A DNA stretch of 64,000 nucleotides from Pseudomonadota bacterium (GTDB lineage Bacteria; Pseudomonadota; Gammaproteobacteria; Burkholderiales; JAKAFK01), in assembly GCA_021788645.1 (NCBI GenBank), contig JAJYKK010000011.1, positions 3,167 through 67,166 of the forward strand, in the 5' to 3' direction. Shown in pieces: positions 38,125-47,875 of this stretch; within the stretch, counting starts at the first letter, position 1; the number at the start of each line of letters is the position of its first letter. The translations under genes were made by a program, and so were the position numbers. The notes under the pieces are model-generated. The model was not told where the DNA came from, did no database searches, and was given only the letters and a program-made list of their open reading frames with translations.

Positions 38125-38433
38125 TTACTTTTCCATGGCCTTCTTGAACATGCGGCTAGCTTTTTCGTTCGCTTCATTCGCGGCCGTTTTCGCTTGATCC
38201 GCTGCGGTCATCGCTTCATCCGCCTTGTTCATGGCGTCATTGGCTTTGCTCAGCGCATCGTTGGCCGTCGATTGGGCGGCATTGGCTTTGCTCAGCGCGT
38301 CGTCGGCGGTCGTTTGCGCCTTGTCCGCCTTGGCGGAAACCGCGCTCAGATCGCCCGTGCTAGCGCATGCGCTCAGGGCCAGGGGCAACGCAATCGCGGC
38401 CATCTTCAAGAGACTGGTCAATTTTTGATTCAC
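38125..38433 (-). CDS. Lpp/OprI-like alanine-zipper outer-membrane lipoprotein with C-terminal Lys
   Basis: Lipobox LALSAC. Repetitive coiled coil (ADDALSKANAAQSTANDALSKANDAMNKADEAM). Ends ...FKKAMEK. Confidence 0.7.
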   Translation of the reverse strand: MNQKLTSLLKMAAIALPLALSACASTGDLSAVSAKADKAQTTADDALSKANAAQSTANDALSKANDAMNKADEAMTAADQAKTAANEANEKASRMFKKAMEK

Positions 38434-38556
38434 GGTATTTCTCCTTTTCTTCTTTTGTCACACGGAGCGAAACAACATTAGCAGGATAGTCGAAGTGGCA
38501 CGACATTTCCAGGGCATAGCGGCGCATACCGGCTTTCCGCCTAGCATTCGCGCCCG

Positions 38557-39306
38557 TTATCGTATCACGACTTTCGTACCGACCCCAATCCATTTCGACA
38601 AAGACGCGATCTGGCGATTCGTCAGCGCCACGCACCCTTCGGTCCAATTGTACGCCTCATGGATCAGCAAGCTGCCCCCGCCCAGGCCATGAATGCCGAT
38701 CTGCCCGCCCAGGGGCGTGTCCTGCGGGGGTATGCGGTGCGCGGCCAGGCTAGCAATGATTTCGTCATAGACCTGCTTGTCGATCAGATGCGCGCCATAA
38801 GCCCGGTCGGCTTCCGCCATGTTGGGGAAATCCAGTCCATAGAAAATGCGGAAGCGGCTGTCGCGGTCGATCCATGCGATATGGAATGTGCCCAGAGGGG
38901 TCTTGCCGTCGCCTCGGAGATGCGTTTTCCCCACGCCTCCACGCCCAAGGGAGACGTCGTCATACCGGGCCAGCACATGATGATCCTGCGCCGTCCCCTC
39001 CATGACATAAACGGTCTCCGTTCGGGTGTCGACCAGGACCCAAGGGGCACGGCCCCGTGCCATCGCCGGCGCAGCCGATCCCAGTAACACTCCCAAAGCC
39101 CCGAGCAGGCCCAAAGCGGCACCCCAGCGACGCCTCCGAGCCCCCCCCTGGCGACGGCGCGTGAAGATTCCCGCCACGCAATGCAGCAGTCCAGCGGCCC
39201 GTGCCGGCCTGTGAGCCGGATGTCGAACGGTCTCCACCACCCCACGACCAGACATTTCCGAGAGCCTCGTTCCGATGACGTAAGCTTGGACGCCATGCCT
39301 CCCCAT
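38557..39306 (-). CDS. L,D-transpeptidase-family (YkuD fold) protein; start uncertain
   Basis: GKTPLGTFHIAW...GGQIGIHGLGGG...YNWTEGCVALTNRQIASL carries the His/Cys catalytic pair of YkuD/YafK-like enzymes. A signal-like segment ends AAPAMA. Confidence 0.7.
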   Translation of the reverse strand: MGRHGVQAYVIGTRLSEMSGRGVVETVRHPAHRPARAAGLLHCVAGIFTRRRQGGARRRRWGAALGLLGALGVLLGSAAPAMARGRAPWVLVDTRTETVYVMEGTAQDHHVLARYDDVSLGRGGVGKTHLRGDGKTPLGTFHIAWIDRDSRFRIFYGLDFPNMAEADRAYGAHLIDKQVYDEIIASLAAHRIPPQDTPLGGQIGIHGLGGGSLLIHEAYNWTEGCVALTNRQIASLSKWIGVGTKVVIR

Positions 39307-39727
39307 GAGGAGGCGCCCCCAAACAAAAAGGTGAGACAGTGCGCGCCGGAGCCCAGGCTACGAGCGCCGCTACAATCGTACCACATCGTGTGCTCATGCC
39401 CTATAGGTACACAGTCGGTTGCAGGGAACGAATCATCTGTCCGCCCCGGCCATCGATGTCCGGTCCCGCTTGAGCAGGCGGCGAGGACCGGGCCGCGTGC
39501 AGTCGCTGTCTCAGCCTATACTCAGAGCGACGGGCGCGATTGCGGATAGCGCGGCGCGATGTGGAGGGTGCCGACGTTGCCTGAAGCCCCGCCCCGTCCC
39601 CGCCAAGCGGCCTTGCCTACGCCTGACGCATCCCGTCGCTGCCACAAGTTTCAGGGTTTGTGGCCACGCGCGAGCCGACGGAGCGCTATACGACCGACTC
39701 GCGCGCCTCGCATGAGACCTGCCAACC

Positions 39728-41497
39728 ATGGTCGAGGTTATCCCGCTCCCGTATTTCCGGGCTCATGGCCCCGTGCGCTTCCTTTTGCACCACGTCCGGA
39801 AACGCTTGACCGGTCACCTTGTCGTCCTCGTCGGCCTGATCACGGCGGTGGGCTCTGCCATCGGTGCCCAATACGCGGTCAAGGATCTCGTCGATGTGCT
39901 CGGGGGACACCCCAGCGACAGGGCTTTGTGGCGAGCGGTGGCGCTCCTGCTCGTGCTGGTCGGAAGCGACAATCTGGCGTGGCGGCTGGCCGGGTGGGGG
40001 GCCACCCAGGCCTTTGTGGCGGTGGGAGGCGACATTCAGCGGGAATTGTTCCGGCACCTGTCCGGGCACAGCTCCCAATACTTTACCGAACAGTTGCCGG
40101 GGGCGCTCGCCGGTCGCATCACGACGGCGGCGTCGGCGGCCTGGATCATCGAGAATCTGGTGGCCTTCAACGCCCTGCCCCCGGCGTTGGCGGTGGTGAG
40201 CAGCATCGCCGTACTCAGCCTCATCAGCTGGCGCCTGACCACCATTCTGGTGGCCATCGTGGTGGCGCTCGGGGCTCTCATCGGCTGGTTCGCCGCCCGC
40301 GGTCATCACCTGCACGAGCGCTTCGCGGGCCAAGCGGCTGCCGTGGCCGGAGATTTGGCCGATATTGTGAGCAATATCGCCGTCGTGCGCGCGTTTGGCG
40401 CGGAACGGCGGGAACAGGCACGGCTGTCGCACAAGATCGAGTTCGAGATGACGGCGCAGCGTGCCAGCCTCCGCTTCCTGGAGCGGATCCGGCTCTTGCA
40501 CGCCGTCTCGGTCTTCGCGGTGACCGCCGGCGTGTTGGTCTGGTCGGTAAGGTTATGGCAGGAGCATCGTATCACGACAGGCGATGTCGTCCTGGCGACA
40601 ACCCTCGGATTTACCGTGCTGCATGCATCACGGGATTTGGCTATGGCGCTGGTGGAGTTGGTCCAGCATATGGCCAAGCTGGGCGAGGCGATCCAAGTCC
40701 TGGGACTTCCCCACGAGATGGAGGATGCCCCGGATGCCATAGCGCTCGCGGTTCGGCGTGGCGGCATATCCATCGACGATGTGCATTTCAGCTATCCAAA
40801 CGGCCAGCAGGTGCTTTTGGGCATCACCTTACAGATCGAGCCTGGGAGCAAGGTGGGTTTGGTCGGCCCGTCGGGTGCCGGCAAATCGACGCTGTTTGCC
40901 CTGCTTCAGCGCCACTACGACCCGGACCACGGACAGATACGAATCGACGGGCAGGACATCGCGCGGGTGACTCAGGCAAGCTTGCGCCGTTCCATCGCGG
41001 TGGTCGAGCAGAATATCTCCCTGTTCAATCGCACGGTATTGGAAAATCTGCGCTACGGCCGCCTGGATGCCACCGACGAGGAGGTCTACCAAGCGGTCGA
41101 GGCGGCCCGTTGCACAGAGTTCATCCTCCGACTGCCGAGCGGTTTCCGCACGGTCGTGGGGGATCGGGGGACGAAGCTTTCGGGAGGACAGCGGCAGCGG
41201 CTCGCGATTGTGCGCGCTTTCCTGAAGGACGCGCCGATCATCCTGCTCGACGAAGCCACTTCTGAACTGGACAGTGAATCCGAAGAAGCGATTCAAGAAG
41301 CATTGGCCCGCCTGTTCAAGGGGCGCACGGTAGTCGCCATTGCCCATCGCCTGTCTACGCTCAACGCATTCGAACGCATCGTCGTTCTCGATCGAGGCCG
41401 TGTTGTCGAGGACGGCTCGTTGAGCGCACTGCTCGGGCGCAGAAGCATATACAGCCGCATGTACGAGCGCCAGTTCGGCGGGGTGAAGGCGCGATGA
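39728..41497 (+). CDS. ABC exporter, fused permease/ATPase (MsbA-like type I exporter)
   Basis: N-terminal 6-TM domain. Walker A GPSGAGKST, signature LSGGQRQR, Walker B IILLDEATS. Confidence 0.85.
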   Translation: MVEVIPLPYFRAHGPVRFLLHHVRKRLTGHLVVLVGLITAVGSAIGAQYAVKDLVDVLGGHPSDRALWRAVALLLVLVGSDNLAWRLAGWGATQAFVAVGGDIQRELFRHLSGHSSQYFTEQLPGALAGRITTAASAAWIIENLVAFNALPPALAVVSSIAVLSLISWRLTTILVAIVVALGALIGWFAARGHHLHERFAGQAAAVAGDLADIVSNIAVVRAFGAERREQARLSHKIEFEMTAQRASLRFLERIRLLHAVSVFAVTAGVLVWSVRLWQEHRITTGDVVLATTLGFTVLHASRDLAMALVELVQHMAKLGEAIQVLGLPHEMEDAPDAIALAVRRGGISIDDVHFSYPNGQQVLLGITLQIEPGSKVGLVGPSGAGKSTLFALLQRHYDPDHGQIRIDGQDIARVTQASLRRSIAVVEQNISLFNRTVLENLRYGRLDATDEEVYQAVEAARCTEFILRLPSGFRTVVGDRGTKLSGGQRQRLAIVRAFLKDAPIILLDEATSELDSESEEAIQEALARLFKGRTVVAIAHRLSTLNAFERIVVLDRGRVVEDGSLSALLGRRSIYSRMYERQFGGVKAR

Positions 41498-41907
41498 GAA
41501 AAGCTTTGCCGCTCATTTTCCTGCTGTTGGCCGCCACTTCCGCACCGACTGCCGGGCACAGCGTCAAGCCGCCGATCGAGCGCATGCGGCCTGGCCAACT
41601 GCAGGGCGTGCTCGGCCGCAGAGTCGAAGGGATGGATGGAAAAGTGATGGGCCCGGTGGTCGATGTCTTGGTCGACGTGCGGGGCCGCCCGCGAGCGGCC
41701 GTGATCGATTTCGGCGGCTATCTCGGCGTTGGCACCCGAAAAATTGCCATTGACTGGCGACTGTTGCGCCACTGGCGAGGCCCCCGTGGGGCGCCTTTGC
41801 GGCTTCGCTTGCCGCGGGCGGACATTCAGGCGGCGCCTCAATACCTGCCGAATAACGGAAAAGCCATCGAGATCGTCGGGTCGACGCATGACATGTCCCC
41901 AAGGTGA
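41494..41907 (+). CDS. PRC-barrel domain protein with signal peptide
   Basis: Start overlaps the ABC gene stop (ATGA). MRKALPLIFLLLAATSAPTAG. GRRVEGMDGKVMGPVVDVLVDVRGRPRAAVIDFGGYLGVGTRKIAIDW. Confidence 0.6.
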   Translation: MRKALPLIFLLLAATSAPTAGHSVKPPIERMRPGQLQGVLGRRVEGMDGKVMGPVVDVLVDVRGRPRAAVIDFGGYLGVGTRKIAIDWRLLRHWRGPRGAPLRLRLPRADIQAAPQYLPNNGKAIEIVGSTHDMSPR

Positions 41908-43102
41908 GCCCGAATCACGGCGCTTGGCGCAACGCGGGCTGGACGCGCTCAACCTGTTTGTGGCCAACATCCAGACAGGCTTCGGCCCTTTCATCGCCAT
42001 CTATCTCGCGACGCGGCATTGGACCCAGGCGGCGATCGGATTTGCCCTAAGCGTGGGTACCGTAACCTCGATGGTGAGCCAGATCCCTGCCGGCGTCCTG
42101 GTGGATCTCGCACCCATCAAGAGCGGGGTCGGCTTGGCGAGTCTCGCTGCCTTCGGGGTGAGCGCGCTGCTGCTGGCGATCGCGCCAACCCCGTTTTTCG
42201 TTTATCTCGCGGAACTGTTGCACGGCTTTTCGAGCTGCACCCTAGGACCGGCGGTCGCGGCGATCAGCCTAGGCCTCGCGGGACGTTCGGTATTGGGCTT
42301 GCGCCTAGGGCGCAACACGCGCTTCGCCGCGTTGGGGAATGCTATGGGAGCCGCTGCCATGGGGGCAGCGGGATATTTCGTATCGGAACGGTCGGTGTTC
42401 TTCCTCACGGCCATTTTGACCGTTCCCGCACTGGTCGCGGTGCTGCCGATGCTTCGGATCGAGCGTCCGGGCGAATGGAACCGGGTCGATCCGGACGCAA
42501 GCCGCACCACGCATGCCCATGGCATTATACCGATACTGCTGGATAGGCGTTTCTTCACCTTTGCGCTGGCTATCGCCCTCTTTACCTTGGGGGACAGTGC
42601 CATGCTTCCGCTGGCGGGGACGGTGCTGGCCAAACGCAGCGGCAGCGACGCCGATCTCCTGATCGCGGCAGGCATCCTCCTGCCACAGGCGGTCGCCGCA
42701 GCCCTCTCGCCCAAGCTGGGGCGTCTGGCGGAATCGCGCGGGCGCCGCCGTGTCTTGCTGCTTGGATTCGGTGCGCTGCCTTTGCGCGGTTTGTTGTTGG
42801 CCTTGGCCGCTCATTCAGCCTGGATCGTTCCGATCCAGGCCATCGACGGCATTGCGGCCGCCTGCCTAGGGACCATGATCCCGCTCGTGACCGCCGATCT
42901 TGCGGCGGGCTCGGGCCATTACAACATGTCTCTCGGTGTCATCGGGCTTGCCATGGGGGTGGGGGCGACGCTCAGCACGTCCTTGGCGGGAGAAGTAGCG
43001 GATCGGTTCGGAGATCCGTGGGCCTTCGCTTTGCTCGCGATCTCGGGTCTTACGGCGCTCATCCTGGTCGGTGTTGTGATGCCGGAGACCATGCCGCGCT
43101 GA
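41888..43102 (+). CDS. MFS transporter
   Basis: ORF 41729..43102 trimmed to ATG 41888; overlaps the PRC-barrel gene by 20 nt. 12-TM-like hydrophobic pattern. Confidence 0.75.
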   Translation: MTCPQGEPESRRLAQRGLDALNLFVANIQTGFGPFIAIYLATRHWTQAAIGFALSVGTVTSMVSQIPAGVLVDLAPIKSGVGLASLAAFGVSALLLAIAPTPFFVYLAELLHGFSSCTLGPAVAAISLGLAGRSVLGLRLGRNTRFAALGNAMGAAAMGAAGYFVSERSVFFLTAILTVPALVAVLPMLRIERPGEWNRVDPDASRTTHAHGIIPILLDRRFFTFALAIALFTLGDSAMLPLAGTVLAKRSGSDADLLIAAGILLPQAVAAALSPKLGRLAESRGRRRVLLLGFGALPLRGLLLALAAHSAWIVPIQAIDGIAAACLGTMIPLVTADLAAGSGHYNMSLGVIGLAMGVGATLSTSLAGEVADRFGDPWAFALLAISGLTALILVGVVMPETMPR

Positions 43103-43114
43103 ACATTCCCTGGC

Positions 43115-45280
43115 CTAGACGATCATGGCGACCTCGACGTCGGGATCCTTCCGAAGGACGTTGATCCCGACATGCTCCGCGTGGCGTTCAAGGAGGATGT
43201 CGACGAAGCCCGTTCCGACCCGCAGGCCGGTGATGGCGACGCGATCGAGGAAGTCGGGCAACACGGGATGGACAAAGGTCAGTTGCGGCGCGCTGTTACG
43301 GAACGTGAGGCCGAGGCATGCCTGCAGCAGCCAGAAGGGTGCGCCGCTCACCCAGGCTTGGGGGCTGCAGGCCGTCGGATAGATGGTCGGCGATTCGTCG
43401 GGTCGCCGACGGAATCCGCAGAACAGTTCAGGGAGGCGGTGCAAGTCCACCTGCAGGCTCGATTCGAACTGGGCAGTCAACAGGCGCAGGGCGTGCGCCT
43501 TGAGTCCATAGCGCGCGAACCCCATGGCGATCATTGCATTATCGTGAGGCCACACCGAGCCATTGTGGTAGGACATGGGATTGTACCGGGCCTCGGAAGC
43601 CGCCACGGTGCGGATTCCCCACCCGGAAAACGACGTTTCCGGGTCGAGCAGGGTATCCGCGGTGCGCCGCCCATATTCCCTGCACGCAATTCCGCTGAAC
43701 AGGCAATGCCCGGCGTTGGAGGTGCGCACGCGGCAAGGGCGCTTGTCGCCGTCCAGGGCGAGCGCGAAAGTGGACAGATCGTCGCACCAGAACACCTGAT
43801 TGAAGCGCGTCTTGAGTTCGTCCGCCTGCCGCGCGAGGGTCTGCGCAAGCGCGGACTCGCCGAGTTCCTCAGCCAGTTCCGCGGCCGCGAGCTTGGCGGC
43901 GTACACATAGCCTTGCACCTCGCACAGCGCGATGTGTCCGCTGGCCAATGTGCCGTCCGCATGGAAGACGGCGTCGTCGGAGTCCTTCCAGCCTTGGTTG
44001 ATCAGGCCCCGCGGGTTATGGCGCTCATATTCCACGAAGCCATCGCGGTCCGCATCGCCATACTGGTCGATCCACTGGATGGCGGCGACCACGTTGCGCC
44101 AGATGGAGGCAATGAATCCCCGGTCGCCGGTGCGGCGGAAGTAGTCACCGGCCAGCATGATAAACAGAGGAGTCGCATCCACCGTGCCGTAGTATTGACC
44201 GAATGGGATTTCCCCCAGTGCGGCCAATTCCCCGTCGCGCGACTCATGGAGGATTTTGCCCGGCTCGGCTTCGCGGCGCGTGTCGAGTACTTGGGCCTGG
44301 GTGGCCGACAGGAAGCTCAGCACGCCTTTGGCGATGCCGGGATTCACCCAGAGGCATTCCATTGCGGTGATGAGACCATCGCGGCCGAAAGGCGTGCAAA
44401 ACCAGGGAATCCCCGCGAAGGGATAGGGGCCGTGGCGGGTCTCGGTGACCAGCATGTGCAGATCGGCCTGAGAACGATTGAGCCAATCGTTGAACTGTCC
44501 ATTGGAACTCTCGATGCCGCAATCGTCCCCGTGGGCCCTGGCCAGGGCACTGGCGCCGGCCTTCACGGCAGCTTCGAACGTGGCGATCTGCGGCGGGGAC
44601 TCGTCCTTATAACAGCGTATCGAAATAGACAGCGCCCATTCCGCTTGGGGTTCGAGGCGCAGGGAGAATGATGCCCCTTCCCGGGAGAGCGACGAGGGCG
44701 CGGGCAGGAAGGCGACTGCCGTGTGGCGGACAATGCCATCGAGCCCGCGGTAGCCGTAGACCATCCTGTCCGCCTCGACCAATGGCTCGAGCGCTTCGCC
44801 GCGCCTGTGCCGCTTCAAACCGCGCACCTCGAAGACGTCGGCATAGTCGGCCGCCAACTCAATCGCCAGCGTCAGATCGATCGCGCCACGGGCATGGTTG
44901 GTCACCCGCAGGTATTCATAGCAGGTCGCGTCCCACAACAGCTTCGCCCGGAATAGGTGGATGCTTCCGCTTCGCAGCTGGATGCGCCCCCCGGCGCGGA
45001 TGTCCGGGTTTGTCATGTCCACGACGAGCAAAGTGTTCTGTGGCACCACTGACGAATTGAGCAGGAATGGTCGTACCCCGTTGAGCCGCAAGGCCAGGCA
45101 CGAAAGGTGGCGTGTTCCCTGATGGAATAGCCCCTGCTCGCAATTGATTTCGCAGCGGATGTCCGCATGGCGGTCAAATACGGCAAAACACTCGCCTTGC
45201 TTGATGATGCGGTTGCGATCATCGATGGACGATGCCATGGTCCCTATGCCGTAGGCTGCTACGGTTTCGTCATTCTCCAT
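43115..45280 (-). CDS. Amylo-alpha-1,6-glucosidase / bacterial-archaeal glycogen-debranching-enzyme family protein
   Basis: ORF 43115..45289 (GTG); ATG at 45280. About 720 aa. GDE N-terminal domain plus (alpha/alpha)6 C-domain pattern (FGRDGLITA, GKILHE, YYGTVDATPLFIML, GWKDS, SYHNGSVWPHDN). Confidence 0.8.
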   Translation of the reverse strand: MENDETVAAYGIGTMASSIDDRNRIIKQGECFAVFDRHADIRCEINCEQGLFHQGTRHLSCLALRLNGVRPFLLNSSVVPQNTLLVVDMTNPDIRAGGRIQLRSGSIHLFRAKLLWDATCYEYLRVTNHARGAIDLTLAIELAADYADVFEVRGLKRHRRGEALEPLVEADRMVYGYRGLDGIVRHTAVAFLPAPSSLSREGASFSLRLEPQAEWALSISIRCYKDESPPQIATFEAAVKAGASALARAHGDDCGIESSNGQFNDWLNRSQADLHMLVTETRHGPYPFAGIPWFCTPFGRDGLITAMECLWVNPGIAKGVLSFLSATQAQVLDTRREAEPGKILHESRDGELAALGEIPFGQYYGTVDATPLFIMLAGDYFRRTGDRGFIASIWRNVVAAIQWIDQYGDADRDGFVEYERHNPRGLINQGWKDSDDAVFHADGTLASGHIALCEVQGYVYAAKLAAAELAEELGESALAQTLARQADELKTRFNQVFWCDDLSTFALALDGDKRPCRVRTSNAGHCLFSGIACREYGRRTADTLLDPETSFSGWGIRTVAASEARYNPMSYHNGSVWPHDNAMIAMGFARYGLKAHALRLLTAQFESSLQVDLHRLPELFCGFRRRPDESPTIYPTACSPQAWVSGAPFWLLQACLGLTFRNSAPQLTFVHPVLPDFLDRVAITGLRVGTGFVDILLERHAEHVGINVLRKDPDVEVAMIV

Positions 45281-46332
45281 GGGGCGCACGCCAGTTTCGA
45301 TTCGGGTCCAAGCGCGAGCAGTCGCTCATAGAGCGCCACATACTCCCGCGCCATGCGTTCAACCGAGAAACGCCGTTCGAAGAGGGCGCGGCATGCGCGG
45401 CGATCGAGGTGGCTCGCCTGCCGGATCGCCGCCACCGCCTCCGCCGCGCTGTCGACCACAAAGCCTGACACCCCCTCCTCTATGATCTCTGGGATCGAGC
45501 CCCGCCGGAAGGCGATGACCGGCGTGCCGCACGCGTTGGCCTCGATGACCGCCAACCCGAAGGGTTCGGGCCAATCGATCGGAAACAGCAGGGCGAGCGC
45601 TTGGCCAAGGAACGCGCTCTTGGCACGCTCGCCGAGCTCACCGATGAACTCGATACCCGGCTGCGCAAGAAGCGGCTTGATTGTCTCCTCGAAGTAATCC
45701 CTGTCAACGCGGTCGACCTTCGCCGCGATCTTGAGTGGAACCGCTGCGCGCCGGGCGATCTCGATGGCCCGGTCGATGCCTTTCTCGGGCGAGATCCTCC
45801 CTAGGAACGCCAGGTAGCGTCCTGGCTGGAACTGCGGCGTATACAAGTCTAGCGGCAGGCCGTGATAGATCGTCGCTTGCCAGTTCGCCCAACTCAGAGG
45901 GGTCCGCTGCGCGTTGGAGATGGACACCACGGGGACATCGGAAAACTCTCGGTAAAGAGGAACCAGTTCGGGCAGATCGAGGCGTCCGTGCAAGGTGGTT
46001 ACATGGCACCAGCCCATCGCCCGGCTCAATGGAAAGTGGAGATAGTCGACGTGAAAGTGAAGAATGTCGAAGCCGTCGCACTGGTTGCATACCTGCTGGA
46101 GCATGAGGATATGGGGCGCGAAAGGGTCCTGCGCCTGTGGATTCAGTCGCAAGGCGCGCTCGGTGCCGGGTCGCAGACGCGCGCGCGTCTGCGAATCACC
46201 GCTTGCGAACAACGTGACCTCATGCCCCAGCATCACCAGCGTTTCCGTGAGATAGGAGACGACGCGCTCCGTGCCTCCGTATAACTTTGGCGGGATGCTC
46301 TCGTGAAGGGGGGCGATTTGGGCAATTCTCAC
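45259..46332 (-). CDS. GT4-family glycosyltransferase
   Basis: ORF 45259..46380 trimmed to GTG 46332, preceded by AGGAGA 5 nt upstream (VRIAQIAPLHESIPPKLYGGTERVV). C-terminal EPFGLAVIEANACGTPVIA motif. Its 3' end overlaps the downstream gene's start by 22 nt. Confidence 0.8.
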   Translation of the reverse strand: MRIAQIAPLHESIPPKLYGGTERVVSYLTETLVMLGHEVTLFASGDSQTRARLRPGTERALRLNPQAQDPFAPHILMLQQVCNQCDGFDILHFHVDYLHFPLSRAMGWCHVTTLHGRLDLPELVPLYREFSDVPVVSISNAQRTPLSWANWQATIYHGLPLDLYTPQFQPGRYLAFLGRISPEKGIDRAIEIARRAAVPLKIAAKVDRVDRDYFEETIKPLLAQPGIEFIGELGERAKSAFLGQALALLFPIDWPEPFGLAVIEANACGTPVIAFRRGSIPEIIEEGVSGFVVDSAAEAVAAIRQASHLDRRACRALFERRFSVERMAREYVALYERLLALGPESKLACAPWRMTKP

Positions 46333-46747
46333 ACTTGTCTCCTGCCCCCCGTCTTGACCGCTTCCCGATCTGCCGGACACGCGGCGGGCCTAGCGTCCGC
46401 CCGAAGAACGAGACCCTTGAACATGGCGAGAGGTTTGAACGTGTCGCCTGCGTCGTGAACCCGCCGCCGGAACGGCGGGCGGCTTCCGGGCTGAAGCCGT
46501 TCGGTTGTGGAGGGGACCGATTCCTGCGGGAGCGGGTGTCTGAGCCATTCCGGCGAGGGGTGGTGCTGAAACCGAGCGCAGCCACGAAGAGGAGAGGTGG
46601 CTGCTGCGCTTGGCTGCCGATGCGGCGCCCTCGCCGGGGCTGCGCGCCCGGCCCTTTGGACCCTCTGTTTTTGTTATAGCATGAGCGCGCCTGGCACGGC
46701 ACCGCTTTCCCACAGGATCGCGAGCGAAAAGAAACGCGCCGCCGGTG

Positions 46748-47827
46748 CTAGCCGCTGCGGTGCCGCAATCCCAGCGGATCGTCGGGATCGATGCCCGCCA
46801 TGAAGGGGACGGAACGCTCGTGGTTGGTGATCTGGTAAATCTTTCCGACCCAATTGCTGAGCACGGCTTCGGCCGTATCGTGCCACGTGTTGTCCAGGCG
46901 CTCCGCGATGATCGCCTCGGGCATGTCCGGTAGAGGGCGTCCGGCGGCCGAGGCGGCGAGCAGCCGATCCTTGTATTCCTCGAGCACCGCCTCGAGGGTC
47001 ATGTCGAAGTAGTTCTCCGGGAAGGGCGGATAGTCTCGTCGCAGGCCGTGCGCAAAGCGGAGCACCTCGCGTTTGTATTCCTTCAGCAGGCTGATGGTGT
47101 CGTATTCGGGATGGCCTTGGAACAAGACCAGTCGGAACAGGTCCTCACTGACCGCCAGGTGAACGCCGGCTTGCGGGCTCTCGGCCAGAATGCGCACGCC
47201 GGCTTCCTCGAACTGTAACCGACTGATGTCGTTGAAGCGCGAGTGCGGGACATCGAAGCGCGTATTCACGCCGGTGACCAGAGGATGGTGATGGTCGACC
47301 ACGCGGTGCGTGAACACCCCCCATCGCTTGGCCCCGAGAGGGCGCCGCTTTTGGCCGTAGCGAAACTGCATGACCGCATGCGTGGCGAGGCATGAACAGA
47401 GCGTGGAGGTCACGTTCCGATAGGCCCAGTCGACCACCTCGATGAGCGGTTCCCAGAAGGGCTCCAAAGACAGGTCGGGCTGACTGACGTTCGCGCCGGT
47501 GATGATGAGTCCATCGAGCCCTTGTGCCTTGATGTCCTCGAACGTCTCGTAATAGCGGGCGACATGGTCCGCGCCCTCGGAGCCGCGGGTGAGTGCCTTG
47601 AGCGTGAAAGGGTGCATGTAGAACTGGGCGATCTGGTTGCTCTCGCCCACGAGGCGGAAGAATTGGCGCTCCGTGGCCGCCAGGGCCGCATCGGGCATCA
47701 TGTTGAGCAGACCGATGTGGAGTTCGCGGATGTCTTGGCGCAAGGCGGCGTCGCGCGACACGACGGTCTCGCCTTCCTGCCTTAGGCGCTCGAAGGCGGG
47801 GAGATCGGAATTGGCAACCAGAGGCAT
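46748..47827 (-). CDS. metA: MetA-family homoserine O-acyltransferase (long form, 359 aa)
   Basis: IGLLNMMPD...GLIITGANV...STLCSCLATHAV (nucleophile Cys)...FQGHPEYD (His/Glu). Confidence 0.75.
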   Translation of the reverse strand: MPLVANSDLPAFERLRQEGETVVSRDAALRQDIRELHIGLLNMMPDAALAATERQFFRLVGESNQIAQFYMHPFTLKALTRGSEGADHVARYYETFEDIKAQGLDGLIITGANVSQPDLSLEPFWEPLIEVVDWAYRNVTSTLCSCLATHAVMQFRYGQKRRPLGAKRWGVFTHRVVDHHHPLVTGVNTRFDVPHSRFNDISRLQFEEAGVRILAESPQAGVHLAVSEDLFRLVLFQGHPEYDTISLLKEYKREVLRFAHGLRRDYPPFPENYFDMTLEAVLEEYKDRLLAASAAGRPLPDMPEAIIAERLDNTWHDTAEAVLSNWVGKIYQITNHERSVPFMAGIDPDDPLGLRHRSG

Positions 47828-47875
47828 GATGAAATCTCGTCAGGGGGTTCCGTGGCTGAAAGGAAAGCCGTCCTG

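Noticed and set aside
39559-41265. 568-aa plus-strand ORF in an alternative frame of the ABC exporter gene
   Set aside because: It is on the same strand but out of frame with the ORF that carries the Walker A, signature and Walker B motifs. Its composition is Arg/Gly/Pro-rich.
46692-46706. TGGCAC-N5-CGCT resembling a sigma54 -24/-12 promoter
   Set aside because: The GC dinucleotide is displaced by one position from the canonical TGGCAC-N5-TTGC spacing. The motif also points into the 3' end of the convergent metA gene, with no downstream plus-strand gene.
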